Positions 56,862 through 64,000 of a stretch of 64,000 nt of DNA are shown here, one piece after another. The translations under genes and the position numbers were made by a program. Position 1 is the stretch's first letter; the number at the start of each line of letters is the position of its first letter. The stretch is from an uncultured Smithella sp. (GTDB lineage: Bacteria; Desulfobacterota; Syntrophia; Syntrophales; Smithellaceae): the NCBI GenBank assembly GCA_964400795.1, contig CAYNWA010000001.1, forward strand, positions 69,313 through 133,312. The letters run 5' to 3'. A model generated the notes under the pieces. The model saw only the letters and a list, made by a program, of their open reading frames with translations. It was not told the DNA's origin and did no database searches.

Positions 56862-58058
56862 TTATCCTTTCTTGGCGTCTGTATTTGAGGCAATCAATCC
56901 CTGCTGGATATGCTCCATCAGCGTCTCCAGCCGTTCACGACTTGCCAGAACGTTCGGCATGGAGTAGATCAGCGTCATATCGTCATCGCCGTTGCACATG
57001 CCGATAAAGATGGGGGAGTATTCCTGACCGGGAGGAATGCCCCAGGTATATTTGCCTTCAAAACCACCGCCACTGTAAACCGGAATCCGTCCCATATTGG
57101 TAAGAACCCCGGAGTTGGGATAGCGTCCTGTGCGGTTCTTGGTGGCGATGTTGCTAACGATAAATTTTTTTAGCATCCAGAGGGGTAAAAAGCGGATCGG
57201 ACGGTCACCCCAATAGATCATGCCGTCATGCCGCGCTTCCAGCTGACGCTTGATGTCCTTACTCACATCAGCCGGCGTGGTGGACGGGCTGATTTCCGCA
57301 TAGATCAGGTTGGTCAGGTTGCCGGTCGAACGCAATCCCTCAACCCTGGCGCGCATATCCACTGGGATGGCCACGCGGAACTTGCCCTCTTGATATCGCC
57401 ATGCTTCCCTGGCAAGCAGAATGGCCACCTGTCCGATGACGTTGCTGTAACGTCCCGGATAGCGTCGTCGGCGCCAGATCACACCGGGCTGGTCGCCTTG
57501 CGGCATACCGGTCGGAGCGATGAATTCCGGAACGGGCCCCTTGCGGCCTTTTTTCTGAAAGGTCGCCGCAATCTCAAATTCGGTGATACGCGAATCCGAT
57601 CCGAGGGGATCTTCGCCGCGCAGACAGCGGAAAATGTCTTCCACCCAGGTTACGGTGCCCCGGCCATCCATGGTGGCGTGCATGGTACGGAAGACAACGC
57701 GTAGCGGGTTGCCGTGGATAAGGACAACTTCAGAGGTTGGTCCCTCAAAAGGATTCAGGGTTTCCCGCAGTCGCGCCGGTGCTCCTTCCGGACCCAGACC
57801 GTCCCAGGAGGAACCATCCACCTCGATCACCGGCGGGATTTTACCGGTATCGACGAGACGGGCAAGGGCCGTGATGCCCTTGACGACAACACGGCTCCCC
57901 GGATTGGCTTCGGATGCGATCTTGACAGCTTCCCGCCATTTAGGAAGGTCAAAGTATCCGGTCCCTTCCCAGAAGAGCTGGTTGAGAAACGGCGGACAGC
58001 ATTCGTTGTAAACCACATACGCTCGTTCGGTGGAACTCAATTGCCGTGAATAGACCAT
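56862..58058 (-). CDS. freestanding condensation-domain-type acyltransferase (MHxxxDG variant), paralog 2
   Basis: FRTMHATMDGRG lies at about residue 130 of a ~398-aa protein, which aligns end to end with the upstream paralog. The ATG at 58058 has a GGAGGA RBS; the track ORF extends to 58139. Confidence 0.7.
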   Translation of the reverse strand: MVYSRQLSSTERAYVVYNECCPPFLNQLFWEGTGYFDLPKWREAVKIASEANPGSRVVVKGITALARLVDTGKIPPVIEVDGSSWDGLGPEGAPARLRETLNPFEGPTSEVVLIHGNPLRVVFRTMHATMDGRGTVTWVEDIFRCLRGEDPLGSDSRITEFEIAATFQKKGRKGPVPEFIAPTGMPQGDQPGVIWRRRRYPGRYSNVIGQVAILLAREAWRYQEGKFRVAIPVDMRARVEGLRSTGNLTNLIYAEISPSTTPADVSKDIKRQLEARHDGMIYWGDRPIRFLPLWMLKKFIVSNIATKNRTGRYPNSGVLTNMGRIPVYSGGGFEGKYTWGIPPGQEYSPIFIGMCNGDDDMTLIYSMPNVLASRERLETLMEHIQQGLIASNTDAKKG

Positions 58059-58077
58059 CGACTGTATCCTCCTCTTA

Positions 58078-59265
58078 TCATTCTGCTCGTTCAAGCCCTC
58101 TGGCCATTCTCTGCAGAATATCTTCAATTCTGCCTTCACTGGCCAGAACTTTGGGCATGGATAGGGTTAGTTCTGAACCGCCTTCATAACCCGCCATCAC
58201 CAGAAAAAACGGATAGTATTCGGTCGCCGGCGGAATAATCCAGAATGCCCGTGCAGTAAACCCCGCACCACTGAATCTATTCAGATCGACCCGGCCCAGG
58301 TTGGAAAGGATACCGGAAAGGCTGTAGATGCCCCGCTCGTGACGGTTAAGAATAATTTTTTTTATCTTGTGCTGCATTAACCACAGCGGCATGTATTCCA
58401 GACGCTCGTCTCCCCTGGACAGTCTGCCTTCATCGCCCTGACTGATCTGCCGGGTAATGTCCCGGACGATTTCATCCGGAGTTGTTTTCTTGTTCACCTC
58501 TATATATAAGGCGAAAGAAAGATTTGCCGTACTGAACAGCCCCGGTTTGCGGGGCCTCATGTCTACGGGAATGCCGAAACGGACAACCCCCTCACCATAC
58601 CGCCAGGCCTCCTCAGCCGCCAAGCGGGCGCATCGTGCCAGCAGATTGGGTATCTTGCGCTTGATGGAGCGGCGTCTCCACGTCACGCCGGATTCATTCC
58701 CTTTCGGACGACCCGTGGGAGCGATATGCTCTGTGGGAAAAGGAGTGCGAAGTTGATTCTGAAAACTTCTGCACATTTCCACATCCGTCATGTTCGAATT
58801 GGAACCGATAACCGTTTCCCCGCGTAGGACCCGGAAGACTTCCTCGGCCCAGAATAAGGTGCCACGTCCATCGCACACGCCGTGATGAGCGCGAAACATC
58901 ACCCGCGGGATGGGACCCTGGATTAAAACAATCTCGCAGGTTGGACCTTCACGATAGGAAAGAGGTTCTTGAAACCACGGCGCACTCTCCGGGCCCATTC
59001 CATTCCAGTTGCTTCCGTCCACTTCACGCACGGGAGGGGAAATTCCCGAATCGACCCAGCGGCTCCAGCCCAGATGGCCTTTGAGAATCAGACGTGTACC
59101 CGGATTGGCTTCGGAGGCAACTTCGGCTGCCTTGCGCCATCGTTCAGGGTCGAGTGTTCCCTCGCCATCAAAGATAAACTGATTGACCGTGGGTGGGCAG
59201 ATCAGATTGAATGCCACAAATGCCCGTTCATTGAATGTCATCCTTCGCGTATAACGTTTCTTCAT
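58078..59265 (-). CDS. freestanding condensation-domain-type acyltransferase (HHxxxDG), paralog 1
   Basis: FRAHHGVCDGRG is the HHxxxDG motif of the NRPS condensation / PapA / WS-DGAT superfamily, at the expected distance from the N-terminus. The start shares an ATGA overlap with the upstream gene. Confidence 0.7.
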   Translation of the reverse strand: MKKRYTRRMTFNERAFVAFNLICPPTVNQFIFDGEGTLDPERWRKAAEVASEANPGTRLILKGHLGWSRWVDSGISPPVREVDGSNWNGMGPESAPWFQEPLSYREGPTCEIVLIQGPIPRVMFRAHHGVCDGRGTLFWAEEVFRVLRGETVIGSNSNMTDVEMCRSFQNQLRTPFPTEHIAPTGRPKGNESGVTWRRRSIKRKIPNLLARCARLAAEEAWRYGEGVVRFGIPVDMRPRKPGLFSTANLSFALYIEVNKKTTPDEIVRDITRQISQGDEGRLSRGDERLEYMPLWLMQHKIKKIILNRHERGIYSLSGILSNLGRVDLNRFSGAGFTARAFWIIPPATEYYPFFLVMAGYEGGSELTLSMPKVLASEGRIEDILQRMARGLERAE

Positions 59266-60206
59266 CGCGTCCGGCTCCCTGCCGATTTTTCATCTGCTTC
59301 AGGGTTTTTCTTCTTCCTGGAACCGAAGTCTGGTTCATCAAGATTCATCGTAGCACGCACTATGGCACTGACCAGCGCGGCGGTGGCCTCCAGTGTCTTG
59401 GGGGTTCGTGCTGAACGGGGTATCTCCATATGGAGTGCACGGTCCATTTGCCCGGTGGAGATGTAACCGATTTTCTTGTTGCAACCTGCCCCGAAGAAGA
59501 CCTTATCAATGGGTTCTACACGCAGCGCCAGTTCGGGGTAGGCCGGATATAACGCTTTGGCCTGCGAGAGAAAAGCAGGAAACTGCTCTTTCAATTGCCG
59601 GGCTTCTTCCATCGTGATTCCTGTGGTGGCGATTTCCAGCCGGTTCAGGAACGCGAGACTTGTGTGTCCGTGGATTTCGACATAAAGCCGCAGTGTCTTG
59701 CCATTACAACTTTTACCGACCAGACGGACATAATGGTCGTAGACACCCCTGGCCCGTTCGGTACGCCGTTCGTGTTCGCACGTGCGTCCCGCCCCTTCAG
59801 TAGGCCGGTTGACATTGACCCGTGATGCTCCCGAAGAAAAACCGCGGGCTACGATGTAACCTGCGCCGAGCACCCGCGCCACGTCTTTGGCCAGAACATC
59901 CGTGTGAATGTCATAAGTGCCATGCGGCGCCGCAATAATGATCCCCTGCTTCGCGGATTGGGTTTCAAAGTCGCCGAAGGCATGCTCAAAACGTTCACGG
60001 GCGACGGCGGATTGAAAACTCCATGCAATACCCAACATCACAACCGACAGGCGTAATGCCGAAAACCCTATCCGGTCACATCCCATGTCCCGTTTAGAGA
60101 AGGTGGTGACGGAATCAATGTTTTTCCGGTAAAACTTTTCATTGCAGGACATGCATCTATTACCGACTTTCCGTAAGAGGGAATATGGTGCGGGCCTGCT
60201 GATCAT
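59262..60206 (-). CDS. hypothetical exported/anchored protein, N-formylglutamate-amidohydrolase-like fold (tentative)
   Basis: The hydrophobic segment FSALRLSVVMLGIAWSFQSAVA is followed by IIAAPHGTYDIHTD...RVNVNRP...YVEIHGH. This resembles the FGase/zinc amidase His-Asp-His pattern. Alternative starts are 60152 and 60086. Confidence 0.35.
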   Translation of the reverse strand: MISRPAPYSLLRKVGNRCMSCNEKFYRKNIDSVTTFSKRDMGCDRIGFSALRLSVVMLGIAWSFQSAVARERFEHAFGDFETQSAKQGIIIAAPHGTYDIHTDVLAKDVARVLGAGYIVARGFSSGASRVNVNRPTEGAGRTCEHERRTERARGVYDHYVRLVGKSCNGKTLRLYVEIHGHTSLAFLNRLEIATTGITMEEARQLKEQFPAFLSQAKALYPAYPELALRVEPIDKVFFGAGCNKKIGYISTGQMDRALHMEIPRSARTPKTLEATAALVSAIVRATMNLDEPDFGSRKKKNPEADEKSAGSRTR

Positions 60207-60211
60207 TTTTT

Positions 60212-61240
60212 TTATATTTCCTGTTTGTTAATATCGACTTCTCCCGTGGGAAGACCCTTGATGTGTTTTGCAAAGGACAAACCAATCAGGTAGCGCAGCA
60301 CCAGGATGGAGGTTGTATAGGTAAGTCCAAAGGCCATGATATCCATGTTTGTCCCGTAATCCTTAAATAAAATAAGCATCGTTGCCTGTGCCGTGCCAAA
60401 GCCGCCCGGAGCGATGGGCAGACTGATGACGAGAAGGATAATCGGAACATACGCGATGAGAGCAATAAGCGGGATCTGCATGTTGAATGCCCTGACCGCG
60501 ACATAGAAGAAAACGATAAAGAAGGCGTAGTACATGATGCGCCAGAACAGGAGGATGCCATAGGTTCGCCAGGGCGCTTCGTGGAATACCTTAAGAAGGT
60601 TCAGGTTCTTGATTTTGAGCGCCAGACCGCGGGATGGCAGCCTTTTCAGGACGATAATGAACAGGAGATCCAGGATGGCAAAGCCGATAAAGAAGAACAG
60701 CAAATTTCGGAGCAATGCCGATGCCGGGGACAGAATAATCAGACCGATGATGGCCATGTAGACCAGAGCTTTTTGGGTAATGCCATTGAAGAATGTCATT
60801 AGCCCCGTCGACCGCATCACCGGAACACCGAGATGTTTTTTCAGATAGTAAATCAAGACCCCCATGCCCACGCTGTAATCGATCGTCATGATGAGATAAG
60901 TAACGCCGCGTAGGATGAAGGCGTTTTTCCAGGAAAGAGGATACTGAAAATGTCTAAGAGTCTCGGCAAGATTCTGTGTGTCCAGCAGGAAAGTGGCAAT
61001 GATCAGGATAAGCACGGAGGGAACATAGATCGTCATGTCCGCGTTCATCAGAGCGTTGAAACACTGGCGGATATCAATATACCAAAATAGATAAATGAGG
61101 ATCGCACAGGAAACCGCCATTGGCAGCAGCCGCTTCCAGGTTTTGAGATTCAAGAGAAAAGGGCGAACCTTTTCCTCATGCGCAAGGTGCATCTCCCCCA
61201 TTAAAGCTTGAGCATTTGATATTTTGCCTGTGTTTTCCAT
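60212..61240 (-). CDS. LPG_synthase_TM / UPF0104-family membrane protein (flippase-like half of MprF)
   Basis: About 8 TM segments and the C-terminal conserved PIAPGGFGTAQATM (the PxxPGGxGxxE-type motif). Confidence 0.6.
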   Translation of the reverse strand: MENTGKISNAQALMGEMHLAHEEKVRPFLLNLKTWKRLLPMAVSCAILIYLFWYIDIRQCFNALMNADMTIYVPSVLILIIATFLLDTQNLAETLRHFQYPLSWKNAFILRGVTYLIMTIDYSVGMGVLIYYLKKHLGVPVMRSTGLMTFFNGITQKALVYMAIIGLIILSPASALLRNLLFFFIGFAILDLLFIIVLKRLPSRGLALKIKNLNLLKVFHEAPWRTYGILLFWRIMYYAFFIVFFYVAVRAFNMQIPLIALIAYVPIILLVISLPIAPGGFGTAQATMLILFKDYGTNMDIMAFGLTYTTSILVLRYLIGLSFAKHIKGLPTGEVDINKQEI

Positions 61241-61341
61241 CTAATCCCATTGAGAAACTCTTATTCGGGGAACTTTTGCAATAGAACAAGGGGAACAGCT
61301 CTGCCGTTCCCCTTGTTCTCCGTCAGGATATCATAGATATA

Positions 61342-62712
61342 TTAATACTGCCAGGGAAAGGCGTCCGCAGAACCAGCCTGGAAGTTTTCATAAGCATAAT
61401 CGGCACAGTAGTTTGCAAAGTCCGTCAAATTAGCAGCAGTGATCTGTGTCGGGTTGTTCTGGAGAAAAGACAGGAACGACTCGGCATTGTCAATAATCGT
61501 ATCCTCGATCGGGAATGTCCATTGTTGAACCTTGGCCAGTTCGATCTTATTGATATAGTTGTCGTACATACCCCAGATGATATCCCCTTCGTTGGACGAA
61601 TAAATGAGATTGTTGTAGGTTTCCCTCTCGCTTATGGCCTGGTTGAGCAGACAGGAATCGTCGTAATCTCTCCAGGCGCCGTAAGCATAGGTATCCATCC
61701 GGGCCAGTTCCGACGTCCCCTTGGCGGCAGCAAAGAACGGGACGAAAACACCCACCGAAGGTTCCCCAAGGTTGACCCACATAGTGACCAAGCGCGGGTT
61801 GCCTCCGGATGCCGCACCTCTCACGACGATGGAACTGCGGGTGGCGTTGCGGCTGAGGCAGTAGGTTGTGCTGTAATTGGTCTCGCTCGAAAGATCTTCC
61901 TGAACCTGTTTACCGATAACGTCCTTGGCCACTTCGCGCATGACGGTCCGGTAGTTGATCCGCTTCTCCGTCGCCAGCTGGGTCAGAAGAGCTTCGGCTC
62001 TATACTTGCGATCCTGTCCCACGTTCCAGGGAATGTAGTAATTGTAATTGGTCAGGATGTGAAACCCGATGAAGTTGGTCTGTGCTGGTTTGAGCGTCCA
62101 GCCATACTGATTGGTGATCTTACCGGTGTTGGCATCGTTCTTTCTGAACTGCATCAGGTTGAAACCCCAGTTCAGGTGACCGGTGAAACATTCATACAGA
62201 GCCGCCCCGCCTTTGGCGTCGATGACCACGAAGTTAGCGCTGATAACGGTGCCCCAGTGATAGTAAGGCCATCTTTTGAGCAGTGATTCAAACTCCGCGA
62301 GCGTGGTACACGTCGCCAGGGCTTCCTCCATGAGAGCGGTATTGAGGTTTACCGGTTCAGCCAGGAGATTGTAATCCTGGTATACCGACGTAACGGCAAT
62401 GGCAAAGCCCGATTCATTGACACCGCCGGACGGCGTAACAGCCGAACCGGTCAGCAGTTTCATCCCGTCTTCAAAGCGGTAGACCATGGTATAGCCGCCT
62501 GGAGCGGACCTTTTGGCGGGAAAGTAGGCAACCTGCTGGTTCGCGCTCGACGAGTTGTCGAAGTTTTTCCAGATCAACGGTTTGCCGTCGGTGGTGACCT
62601 TGCCGGAGACAACGGCCACATCACAGGCCCATGCTTGCGTCGTGATCATAAAGGCCCAAAGGCATATGAAGACGCAAAAAATCTTCAAATAAACGTTCTG
62701 TAATTTACTCAT
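61342..62712 (-). CDS. exported N-terminal-nucleophile (Cys) hydrolase, peptidase C69-like
   Basis: AGGAGG RBS. The signal peptide ends in QAWA|C. The mature N-terminus CDVAVVSGKVTTDGKPLIWKNFD parallels the ACTTILVGK..S.DGS..I.RNED start of C69 dipeptidases. Confidence 0.5.
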   Translation of the reverse strand: MSKLQNVYLKIFCVFICLWAFMITTQAWACDVAVVSGKVTTDGKPLIWKNFDNSSSANQQVAYFPAKRSAPGGYTMVYRFEDGMKLLTGSAVTPSGGVNESGFAIAVTSVYQDYNLLAEPVNLNTALMEEALATCTTLAEFESLLKRWPYYHWGTVISANFVVIDAKGGAALYECFTGHLNWGFNLMQFRKNDANTGKITNQYGWTLKPAQTNFIGFHILTNYNYYIPWNVGQDRKYRAEALLTQLATEKRINYRTVMREVAKDVIGKQVQEDLSSETNYSTTYCLSRNATRSSIVVRGAASGGNPRLVTMWVNLGEPSVGVFVPFFAAAKGTSELARMDTYAYGAWRDYDDSCLLNQAISERETYNNLIYSSNEGDIIWGMYDNYINKIELAKVQQWTFPIEDTIIDNAESFLSFLQNNPTQITAANLTDFANYCADYAYENFQAGSADAFPWQY

Positions 62713-62799
62713 TTTATCCTCCTATTTAATCGTTGTTTTCAACGATAATTCGCGTTGCTCAAATCGTCCAACATAGCGTATTCTTCGGGTGGAAAATTT

Positions 62800-63753
62800 T
62801 CACCCTTGATCCACCGTTTTCACGGAAAACGTTTTTCCTGACAGATCAGGAATCCGTCCTTCAAGCGTAGACGGGATCAGTGGTCTTCTCCTGCTGAACA
62901 AACCAACGCCCCTGTTGGAAAAGTATTCCGTACCGAAGCATTTAATCATCAGTATGAAGGTGACCCATCGTACGATTTTCATGGGTATCATCAGCATAAA
63001 GGCAAAGGCATCACCCCTGACCATATGCTCGAAATCCGTCGGCATACTTGCCCGGACATGGGGCGAGAACTGATACTTCGGGTCGTTGGGATCGAAACTG
63101 TTTGAACCGGGAAACATGTTTTTCAGGCAGAAAGGATAGCGTTTATCCACGACTTCAATCGCGTATTTCCGGCAATACTCCTCCTTCAGCGCGATCAATT
63201 GGGGCGAAGGAGCGAAAGAAGAGTCGAACAGTCTCCGCAACCATGATTTATTGAAATACCGGTTGACCACCGCGGGATTGGCTGAGATGGATGTAAAGAT
63301 GAAATACTTCTTTTTCTTCATCGAAGCAATTTTTGTGAGGTGCCATTCAACGGTCATGATCACCAGCCTTTGAGCAAGGTCCCTTCCCCGGAATGCTTTA
63401 AGCACCATCGTTTCTTCATTGTTATACACACAATATGGACCGCTGTTGAGAATAGTCACAGCATCAAAAGCGACGATCCGGCCGTCCTTTTCTGCATAGC
63501 TCAGAACATCGCATTTCCGCAGATAAGTCGAAAACTCCTCCTGCGCCTTCCAGCAATCATTTTCCACGGCTTCACAACCCCGAATGATATTTCCGAGACT
63601 GCTCCATTTAACCGTATTTAAATCAATCAGGTAATAATTGAACCCCTTGTGACTCTGAATGTAGAAATCCCAGCCGTCTACCGGAACGGGTCCGGTTGTA
63701 TCATTTTGATGTAACCCCTGTTCTCCCTCCAACGAAACAAACATGCTCTTCAT
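62800..63753 (-). CDS. hypothetical protein, possibly a GNAT-fold acyltransferase
   Basis: 317 aa with a good RBS (AGAGGGGG). RIVAFDAV...MVLKAFRGRDLAQRLV loosely resembles the GNAT beta4-alphaA (R/Q)xxGxA motif. This is a weak call. Confidence 0.3.
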   Translation of the reverse strand: MKSMFVSLEGEQGLHQNDTTGPVPVDGWDFYIQSHKGFNYYLIDLNTVKWSSLGNIIRGCEAVENDCWKAQEEFSTYLRKCDVLSYAEKDGRIVAFDAVTILNSGPYCVYNNEETMVLKAFRGRDLAQRLVIMTVEWHLTKIASMKKKKYFIFTSISANPAVVNRYFNKSWLRRLFDSSFAPSPQLIALKEEYCRKYAIEVVDKRYPFCLKNMFPGSNSFDPNDPKYQFSPHVRASMPTDFEHMVRGDAFAFMLMIPMKIVRWVTFILMIKCFGTEYFSNRGVGLFSRRRPLIPSTLEGRIPDLSGKTFSVKTVDQG

Positions 63754-64000
63754 GTAAAATCCCCCTCTTAATAATGAAGTCCTAAAATACTATTGTCTTC
63801 TTGTGCTGAATTCGAGGATAGGCGATGTTTCTTGATAATGATGGAATTTATGCCCCGATATAAAAGCGCTTTCCCACGAAATTTGCACAACTTCATTTTT
63901 GGTCATTTCGGTGAAACACGAAATCCAATATCTGTTTGGATTACAAATAAATTGTTTGTTTATTGGCATAAGACTTAAACACATTTTATTCCGCCAATCT

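Noticed and set aside
61522-62286. 254-aa + strand ORF
   Set aside because: It is antisense to the signal-peptide Ntn-hydrolase gene and its composition is shadow-frame-like.
63790-63984. Mutually antisense 61-64-aa ORFs at the right edge
   Set aside because: They lie in the promoter/leader region of the 62800..63753 gene. They have no RBS, and they overlap each other completely on opposite strands.
1-64000. Genomic island, prophage or defence island
   Set aside because: I recognised no integrase, transposase, recombinase, tRNA attachment site, restriction-modification gene, toxin-antitoxin pair or known defence gene. The repeats found lack terminal inverted repeats and target-site duplications.

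Overview
This is 64 kb of densely coding bacterial chromosome with about 50 supportable genes. I found no rRNA, tRNA, CRISPR array, transposase, integrase or phage gene. All functional calls come from reading motifs in the supplied translations and in my own translations; no database search was possible.

The gene content looks like an anaerobic Desulfobacterota-type genome, but this is inference only. It includes a membrane polyferredoxin with a Tat-signal DUF362 protein, a B12-radical SAM enzyme, many c-di-GMP parts, and GC-rich palindromic elements in otherwise AT-rich spacers.

Layout, left to right:
- glnS (partial)
- a HEAT-repeat protein with an HD-GYP protein
- polyferredoxin with DUF362
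- pcm
- a divergent PilZ / MshEN-type GspE-like ATPase pair
- an AraC-linked set: an MBL lactonase-like gene plus an SCP2-TPP enzyme-Zn-ADH operon, sharing a duplicated 42-bp upstream module
- an envelope-remodelling block: OmpR/HK two-component system, methyltransferase, lipoprotein phosphoesterase, PEtN transferase and UppP
- a 1639-codon Ser/Thr kinase-STAND-GAF-GGDEF protein
- a B12-rSAM enzyme
- assorted redox and stress genes: OYE-family reductase, MsrBA, CspA
- SCP2 + ACP, then LytS/LytTR

The best candidate for an undescribed system is an eight-gene minus-strand cluster at 52.4-63.8 kb. It contains:
- a GNAT-like protein (weak call)
- an exported Cys-Ntn hydrolase
- an MprF-TM-like protein
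- an FGase-like amidohydrolase
- two freestanding HHxxxDG condensation-type acyltransferases
- an AcrB-type RND pump with no adaptor gene
- a PaaK/F390-synthetase-type ligase

Several interspersed structured repeats and orphan hairpins occupy the larger intergenic regions.
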